Shown here in pieces: positions 26,892 through 32,000 of a stretch of 32,000 nucleotides of DNA. Source of the stretch: Delftia acidovorans NBRC 14950 (lineage in GTDB: Bacteria; Pseudomonadota; Gammaproteobacteria; Burkholderiales; Burkholderiaceae_C); NCBI RefSeq assembly GCF_001598795.1, contig NZ_BCZP01000010.1, positions 30,001-62,000 of the forward strand, in the 5' to 3' direction. Each line of letters begins with the position of its first letter. Position 1 is the stretch's first letter. The notes beneath the pieces were generated by a model that saw nothing but the letters and a program-made list of their open reading frames with translations, did not search any database and had not been told where the DNA came from. The position numbers were made by a program, and so were the translations under genes.

Positions 26892-27683
26892 TCACCCTTC
26901 CAGGTAAAGCGCAGCCAGCCGCTCGCGTGCAGCGCTGTCGATGCCCAGCGCATCCCGCAGATACCCCTGCATTCCACCGAAGTCGGCCCGCACCATGTCG
27001 GTGGCCGCCGCCAGGTAGGAGGCCTGCACGCGCCACAGCACATCCATCACCTCGGCAGGCATGGGGGCGAAGGTGGTGGCGGGGCGCTGGTAGAGCTGGT
27101 TGGTCAGCAGGTAGTCCTGCATCACGGTGTCCTCGTCCACGCCCAGCGCGGTGAGCAGCAGAGCGGCGGCCCAGCCCGTGCGGTCCTTGCCGGCCGTGCA
27201 GTGGAAGACCAGCGGGTCCTGGCTGTCCAGCAGCAGTTGGAACAGCTGTGCAAAGCGTGGCGCGTAGTCGTGCACGAAGCTGCGGTAGGTGTCCTGCATC
27301 AGCTCCTCGGCATGGGCGGCCGTGAGGTCGTTGCCTGCAGCGATCAGGGCACTGGCGCGCTGCACCACGGTGGGCTCGACGATGAGCGCATGGCGGGCAA
27401 TGCCCGGCCATTCGTAGGCCAGGTGGGCGCTTTCCATCTTGCCCCGGAAGTCCGCGCTGCGCGCGAGCTTCAGGCCCTGCAGCACGTCCAGGTCCGCTGC
27501 GCTGAGGCCGGCCAGGTGGTCGGCACGGAACAGCGTGCGCCAGCGCACGCGCCGGCCATCCAGGCCCGCGTAGCCACCGAGGTCTCGGAAGTTGGAGGCG
27601 CCGTCCAGGCGGATGGAGCGCGAGGGCGCCGGGGAAGAAGCAGCGGCGGCAGCCGCTGCCGGGGTGAGCATTTCGGTATCCAT
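26892..27683 (-). CDS. Protein-tyrosine phosphatase family protein (Y_phosphatase3-like, CX5R)
   Basis: The NFRDLGG motif and the catalytic P-loop HCTAGKDRTG are present. The start is the internal ATG at 27683. Confidence 0.8.
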   Translation of the reverse strand: MDTEMLTPAAAAAAASSPAPSRSIRLDGASNFRDLGGYAGLDGRRVRWRTLFRADHLAGLSAADLDVLQGLKLARSADFRGKMESAHLAYEWPGIARHALIVEPTVVQRASALIAAGNDLTAAHAEELMQDTYRSFVHDYAPRFAQLFQLLLDSQDPLVFHCTAGKDRTGWAAALLLTALGVDEDTVMQDYLLTNQLYQRPATTFAPMPAEVMDVLWRVQASYLAAATDMVRADFGGMQGYLRDALGIDSAARERLAALYLEG

Positions 27684-27785
27684 GCCCGCTAGATTAGCCC
27701 AAGCATGTGTTGTCCCCGTGTCAGGCCGGCGACCCGCTCCGGCAAGGTGCAAAAGCGGGTCGCAGGATCAGGTCAGGCAGGCGCC

Positions 27786-30710
27786 TTACGCCAGATGCTT
27801 GCCCACGATGCCGGCCAGCTCGAACATGTTCACGCTGTCCTTGCCGAAGACGGGCCGCAGTTTGTCATCGGCGCGGATGACGCGCTTGTCCTTGGGGTCC
27901 TGCAGGTTCTGGGCCTTGACGTATTCCCACAGCTTCTTGACCACTTCGGTACGCGCCACCGTGCCTTCGCCGATGACGGCGGCCAGGGCCGCGCTGGGCT
28001 GCAGCGTGCCGGCGGCCGGCTTGCGCGCGGTCTTGGTGGCGGTCTTGGTGGCCGTCTTTGCCGTGGTCTTGGCCGCGGCTTTCTTGGCAGGCGCCTTCTT
28101 GGCCGGCGCGCTCTTGGCGGCCGCCGTCTTGCGCGGCGGGTACTTGCTGTCGCGCTGCTCGAACTCGAAGTTCACCTTGCCGGCCGCGCCATCCCAGACC
28201 AGGAAGGCCTTGAAGCTGCGGCGCGTGCGGTTGGAGACGAACTTGTCCAGCAGGTCGGTCTTGCCGGTCTGCAGCAGCTTTTGCATCTGCTCGCGCTCTA
28301 TGGGCTGCTGCAGGATGATCTGGCCGCTCTTGAAGTCGCAGCTGGGCGTGGCCTGGGCCAGCGTGGGCACGGCCTTGGCGCAGACGTAGTTGCTGCCGTG
28401 TTCGAAGACGGGCGCGCCGCACTTGGGGCAGGGGCCCAGCGATTGCTGGCTGGCAAAGTCCACCAGCTCGCCCGTGTCTTCGGAGGCGGCGTCGTCGCCA
28501 AAGTCGAACTCGAGCTTGTAGTTGCCGCCTTCCTCATCGTGCACGATGGTGACCTCGGCCACGAAGGGCCAGCCTGCCTTGGAGCGAAAGCCGTCCAGCG
28601 GGCCCAGGCGGCGGTCGCGCAGCAGTTGCTCGGCCTCGGCCGTCTCGAAGGTGCGGCCTGCAGGCGACTTGGTGAACGAGAAGCCGCAGCCCGCGCCCTG
28701 TCCGTCGCTGCCCGTGCAGCCGTAGCGGCGGTAGTTCTCCTTGACCACGCCGCCGCAGTTGGGGCAAGGCGTGGACAGGGTGGCGTAGTCGCCGGGCACG
28801 GTGTCTCGGTCGTATTCCTTGGCCTTCTTGACCAGCTTTTCCGTCATGGACTGGATCTGCTGCATGAAGGCATCGCGCGAGAGCTGGCCCTTTTCCATCT
28901 GCGCCAGCTTGTACTCCCATTCGCCGGTGAGGTCGGCGCGCGAGAGTTCTTCCACGCCCAGGCCACGCAGCAGGGTCATGAGCTGGAAGGCCTTGGCCGT
29001 GGGAATCAGCTCGCGGCCTTCGCGCAGCATGTACTTTTCGGTCAGCAGGCCTTCGATGATGGCCGCGCGCGTGGCAGGCGTGCCCAGGCCCTTTTCCTGC
29101 ATGGCCTCGCGCAGCTCGTCGTCCTCGACCTGCTTGCCGGCGCTTTCCATGGCTCCCAGCAGCGTGGCTTCGGAGTAGCGCGCGGGCGGCTTGGTCTTGA
29201 GGCCCTTGGGATCGACCTGGCCGGCGCGCGGCTGCTCGCCGGGCTGCACCGCGACCAGAGGCTGGCCCTTGTCGCCGTCCTTGCCGCCTTCGACCTCGTT
29301 GGCGGCCTCCTTGCCGTAGATGGCCAGCCAACCGGGCTTGACCAGGATCTTGCCTTCGGTCTTGAAGCTGTGCTGCTCGACCTTGCTGATGCGCGTGGTC
29401 ACCTGGTGCTCGGCGCTGGGGAAGAACACGGCCATGAAGCGGCGCACGACGAGGTCATAGAGCTTTTGCTCGGCCTCGGACAGGCCGCTGGGCGCCTGCG
29501 TGGTCGGGATGATGGCAAAGTGATCCGACACCTTGCTGTTGTCGAAGATGCGCTTGGTCGGGCGCACGTAGTTCTCGTCCAGCGCCTGCTGGGCAAAGGG
29601 TGCCAGGTGGCGCATGCCGCTGCCAGCCAGCATGGCGAAGGTCTGGTGCGCCACGGGCACGTAGTCCTCGGGCAGGGCACGCGAGTCGGTACGCGGGTAG
29701 GTCAGGGCCTTGTGGCGCTCGTACAGGCTTTGCGCCAGCGACAACGTGGTCTTGGCCGAGAAGCCGAACTTGCCGTTGGCCTCGCGCTGCAAACTGGTCA
29801 GGTCGAACAGCAGCGGGCTGGCCTGGGACGTGGGCTTGGACTCCTCGGTGACCTGGGCCGGCTTGCCGCGCACGGCGTCGGCAATGGCCTGGGCGTCGCG
29901 CTGGTTCCAGATGCGGTCGGCGCGGGCTTCCGCATCCTCGCTCTTCTTCCATTGCGTGTCGAACCACTTGCCCAGGTACTGCCCGGCCTGCGCATCGAAG
30001 GCGGCATGCACTTCCCAGTAGTCGCGGCTCACGAACTTGCGGATCTTTTCCTCGCGCTCCACCACCAGGGACAGCGTGGGCGTCTGCACTCGGCCCACGG
30101 TGGTCAGGAAGAAGCCGCCATCGCGCGAATTGAAGGCCGTCATGGCGCGCGTGCCGTTGATGCCCACCAGCCAGTCGGCCTCGGAGCGGCTGCGCGCGGC
30201 GCTGGCCAGGCCCAGCATCTGCGCGTCGCTGCGCAGGTTCTGGAAGCCGTCGCGGATGGCCTGCGGCGTCATGGACTGCAGCCACAGGCGCTTGACCGGC
30301 TTGCCCAGGCCCTTGCCGTCGGGCTTGGCGCCTGCGGCGTACTGCTCGATCAAGCGGAAGATCAGCTCACCCTCGCGGCCCGCGTCGCAGGCGTTGATGA
30401 GTTCGGTGACATCCTTGCGCTTGGCCAGCTTGACCACGGCATTGAGCCGGCTCTTGGTCTTGTCCACGGGCTTGAGGTCGAAATACGGCGGAATCACCGG
30501 CAGGTTGGCAAAACTCCATTTGCCGCGCTTGACGTCGAATTCCTCGGGTGCCTGGATTTCCACCAGGTGGCCCACGGCGCTGGTCACGACGTAGTGCTCG
30601 CTCTCGAAGTATTCATCGTGCTTGTCGAATTTGCCCGCCACCGGAGTCAACGCGCGGACGATGTCCTGCGCGACCGAAGGCTTCTCAGCAATCACCAGGG
30701 TCTTTGTCAT
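27786..30710 (-). CDS. topB: DNA topoisomerase III with C-terminal zinc-ribbon/topoisomerase C-terminal repeats, Lys/Ala-rich linker and SWIB/MDM2 domain
   Basis: The TOPRIM N-terminus is MTKTLVIAEKPSVAQDI. The active-site Tyr region is ALTYPRTDSRALPEDY. CxxC zinc ribbons are present (CPNCGG, CPKCGA). The linker reads AKSAPAKKAPAKKAAAKTTAKTATKTATKTARK. The terminal 70-75 aa, ...VARTEVVKKLWEYVKAQNLQDPKDKRVIRADDKLRPVFGKDSVNMFELAGIVGKHL, has the SWIB pattern (about 27789..28013). Confidence 0.9.
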   Translation of the reverse strand: MTKTLVIAEKPSVAQDIVRALTPVAGKFDKHDEYFESEHYVVTSAVGHLVEIQAPEEFDVKRGKWSFANLPVIPPYFDLKPVDKTKSRLNAVVKLAKRKDVTELINACDAGREGELIFRLIEQYAAGAKPDGKGLGKPVKRLWLQSMTPQAIRDGFQNLRSDAQMLGLASAARSRSEADWLVGINGTRAMTAFNSRDGGFFLTTVGRVQTPTLSLVVEREEKIRKFVSRDYWEVHAAFDAQAGQYLGKWFDTQWKKSEDAEARADRIWNQRDAQAIADAVRGKPAQVTEESKPTSQASPLLFDLTSLQREANGKFGFSAKTTLSLAQSLYERHKALTYPRTDSRALPEDYVPVAHQTFAMLAGSGMRHLAPFAQQALDENYVRPTKRIFDNSKVSDHFAIIPTTQAPSGLSEAEQKLYDLVVRRFMAVFFPSAEHQVTTRISKVEQHSFKTEGKILVKPGWLAIYGKEAANEVEGGKDGDKGQPLVAVQPGEQPRAGQVDPKGLKTKPPARYSEATLLGAMESAGKQVEDDELREAMQEKGLGTPATRAAIIEGLLTEKYMLREGRELIPTAKAFQLMTLLRGLGVEELSRADLTGEWEYKLAQMEKGQLSRDAFMQQIQSMTEKLVKKAKEYDRDTVPGDYATLSTPCPNCGGVVKENYRRYGCTGSDGQGAGCGFSFTKSPAGRTFETAEAEQLLRDRRLGPLDGFRSKAGWPFVAEVTIVHDEEGGNYKLEFDFGDDAASEDTGELVDFASQQSLGPCPKCGAPVFEHGSNYVCAKAVPTLAQATPSCDFKSGQIILQQPIEREQMQKLLQTGKTDLLDKFVSNRTRRSFKAFLVWDGAAGKVNFEFEQRDSKYPPRKTAAAKSAPAKKAPAKKAAAKTTAKTATKTATKTARKPAAGTLQPSAALAAVIGEGTVARTEVVKKLWEYVKAQNLQDPKDKRVIRADDKLRPVFGKDSVNMFELAGIVGKHLA

Positions 30711-30775
30711 TGTGTGTACTCGTCATTCCCCGCAGGACCTGCATGTCGCAGCCTGCGCTTCTACAATCCATGGCT

Positions 30776-30814
30776 CACGCGTGTACGTACGTGTACGCGC
30801 ACGCGCATGTGTGC
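30776..30814. other. 39-nt perfectly alternating pyrimidine-purine tract (Z-DNA-prone) in the topB / SET divergent promoter region
   Basis: The sequence CACGCGTGTACGTACGTGTACGCGCACGCGCATGTGTGC alternates Y-R at every one of its 39 positions. It contains CGTGTACG twice at a 10-bp period (30780..30787 and 30790..30797) and the palindrome GTACGTAC. Confidence 0.9.
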
Positions 30815-30837
30815 CTATTCAAGTTATCAGAGAAAAC

Positions 30838-31500
30838 ATGCCCCGCACAGCTTTGGCCCCTTCCGGCGGCCGCCGTATCCAGACCCGCCGCTCGGGTGTC
30901 CATGGCAAGGGCGTCTTCGCCGCGCAGGATCTTGCCGAAGGAGAGGTCCTTGTCGAGTACGTAGGGGAAATCGTCAGCTGGCAGGAAGCCCAGGACCGGC
31001 ATCCGCACGACCCCAGCCAGCCCAACCATACCTTCTACTTCCACGTGGACGAAGACCGCGTGATCGACGCCAACTATGGCGGCAACTCCTCGCGCTGGAT
31101 CAACCACAGCTGCGCTCCCAATTGCTACACCGACGAGCGCGATGGCCGGATTTTCATCGTCGCGCTGCGCAACATCGCCGCCGGCGAGGAGCTGAGCTAC
31201 GACTACGGCCTGATCATCGACGAACCCTACACCAGGAAGCTGAAGGCCGAGTATCCATGCTGGTGCGGCGCAGCCACCTGCCGCGGCACGCTGCTGGCGC
31301 CCAAGCGCGGCTGGCGCCCGCCCATGCCCGGCGATGCATTGCCGGCCAGCGCAAAGCCGGCATCGGAACAATCTGAAAAGACAAAGCGGGCCAAAAAGCA
31401 GCAGGTCAAAGCGGAAAAGCCTTTGGAAAAGCCCTTGGAAAAGGCCCCCCAAAAGCCAAGGAAAAAATCCCGCAAATCCTCCACAAAGGCCGGCGCATGA
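30838..31500 (+). CDS. SET-domain protein-lysine N-methyltransferase with Lys-rich C-terminal tail
   Basis: The SET core reads RSGVHGKGVFA...GEVLVEYVGEIV...RWINHSCAPNC...GEELSYDYG. The post-SET Cys motif is CWCGAATCRG. The tail reads EKTKRAKKQQVKAEKPLEKPLEKAPQKPRKKSRKSSTKAGA. The start is the internal ATG at 30838 of ORF 30622..31500. Confidence 0.85.
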   Translation: MPRTALAPSGGRRIQTRRSGVHGKGVFAAQDLAEGEVLVEYVGEIVSWQEAQDRHPHDPSQPNHTFYFHVDEDRVIDANYGGNSSRWINHSCAPNCYTDERDGRIFIVALRNIAAGEELSYDYGLIIDEPYTRKLKAEYPCWCGAATCRGTLLAPKRGWRPPMPGDALPASAKPASEQSEKTKRAKKQQVKAEKPLEKPLEKAPQKPRKKSRKSSTKAGA

Positions 31501-32000
31501 TGGCATCGTCCCCCATTCACTGGCCTGCGGAATCGCTGTGGCAGGCCATCGAGCCGCAGTTGCCGGGCTTTTCCGTGGAAATCGTGCCCAGCATCGGCTC
31601 GACCAATACCGAGCTGATGGCGCGCGCCCGCGATGGCCGCAACGAACCCGTGCTGCTGGTGACCGAAGTGCAGACCGCCGGCCGGGGCCGGCTGGGCCGC
31701 CAGTGGACCAGCGGCGTGGGCGATTCGCTGACCTTCTCGCTGGGCATGCCGCTGGCGCCTGCCGACTGGTCCGGCCTGTCGCTGGCCGTGGGCCTGAGCG
31801 TGGCGCAAAGCCTGCAGCCGCAATTGCCCGCCCCGGGCTCGCAGCGCCCGCGCATCGGCCTCAAATGGCCCAACGACCTGTGGATCGACGGCGACCGCAA
31901 GCTCGGCGGCATCCTGATCGAGACGGCCAGCTTTGTCGGCAGCGCCGCGCATGAGCCCGGCACGCCGCGCTACGTGGTCGTGGGCATCGGCCTGAACGTG
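31497..32000 (+). CDS. birA: Biotin-[acetyl-CoA-carboxylase] ligase, N-terminal part (runs off the right edge); group I type without an HTH domain
   Basis: My hand translation from the ATG at 31497 gives MMASSPIHWPAESLWQAIEPQLPGFSVEIVPSIGSTNTELMARARDG...VLLVTEVQTAGRGRLGRQWTSGVGDSLTFSLGM...LKWPNDLWIDGDRKLGGILIE. The hallmark GRGRxGRxW and KWPND motifs are present. The ATG overlaps the SET stop codon (ATGA). The ORF is not in the track because it has no stop inside the window. Confidence 0.8.
   Translation, partial: MMASSPIHWPAESLWQAIEPQLPGFSVEIVPSIGSTNTELMARARDGRNEPVLLVTEVQTAGRGRLGRQWTSGVGDSLTFSLGMPLAPADWSGLSLAVGLSVAQSLQPQLPAPGSQRPRIGLKWPNDLWIDGDRKLGGILIETASFVGSAAHEPGTPRYVVVGIGLNV

Noticed and set aside
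26401-26907. A 168-aa plus-strand ORF, plus ORFs 26384..26584 and 26431..26622, over the palindromic element.
   Set aside because: These frames are generated by the repeat/palindrome DNA and overlap the better-supported small lipoprotein gene on the other strand. The Arg/Pro-rich translations are typical of REP-derived pseudo-ORFs.
27705-31376. A very long plus-strand ORF (1223 aa) covering topB and part of the SET gene.
   Set aside because: It is antisense to a topoisomerase III gene with unmistakable motifs. The translation is low-complexity Ala/Gly/Arg/Leu-rich with no motifs. This is the typical stop-codon-poor antisense frame of high-GC DNA.
1-32000. Search for mobile-element or defence-island signatures (integrase, transposase, tRNA attachment site, restriction-modification, abortive-infection genes).
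   Set aside because: I recognised none. Apart from the AT-rich flanks of the HipA-like gene, composition looks uniform. The window looks like core chromosome rather than an accessory island.

Overview
High-GC (about 65-70% by eye) betaproteobacterial chromosomal segment. The gene content (two orphan Bug/TctC-type solute receptors, a trimeric-porin-type OMP, pcaBC, Comamonadaceae-style codon usage) points to Burkholderiales, probably Comamonadaceae. I can support about 31 protein-coding genes. In order they are: a LysR regulator (5' end only) divergent from a bug-pcaB-pcaC operon; pirin and a Nu-class GST; a second Bug receptor; a DUF1439 lipoprotein; a porin; a monocistronic HTH-HipA (YjjJ/HipH-like) kinase flanked by AT-rich DNA; DUF924; an acyltransferase-3 membrane protein; a translationally coupled SAM-methyltransferase/DTW-domain pair; a VOC protein; sbcDC; a SUKH (SMI1/KNR4) protein and a DUF1311 protein; an RDD protein; periplasmic asparaginase; glutathione peroxidase; a ferritin-like protein; PBP1A; a small lipoprotein; a CX5R tyrosine phosphatase; topoisomerase III with a C-terminal Lys/Ala-rich linker plus SWIB domain; a SET-domain methyltransferase; and the 5' part of birA. 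I recognised no rRNA, tRNA, CRISPR array, transposase, integrase or prophage genes. The many long ORFs antisense to these genes are high-GC artefacts. The observations most worth a second look are: (1) the divergent SET / TopB-SWIB pair, both carrying histone-H1-like basic tails; (2) a 39-nt perfectly alternating pyrimidine-purine (Z-DNA-prone) tract in their shared promoter region; (3) the single-gene HTH-HipA kinase with HipB-operator-like ATCC/GGAT repeats upstream; (4) a 14.5-copy heptanucleotide repeat with Chi-like octamers directly after the PBP1A stop codon; (5) an adjacent nested-palindrome element. All family calls come from motif recognition by eye. No database search was run.
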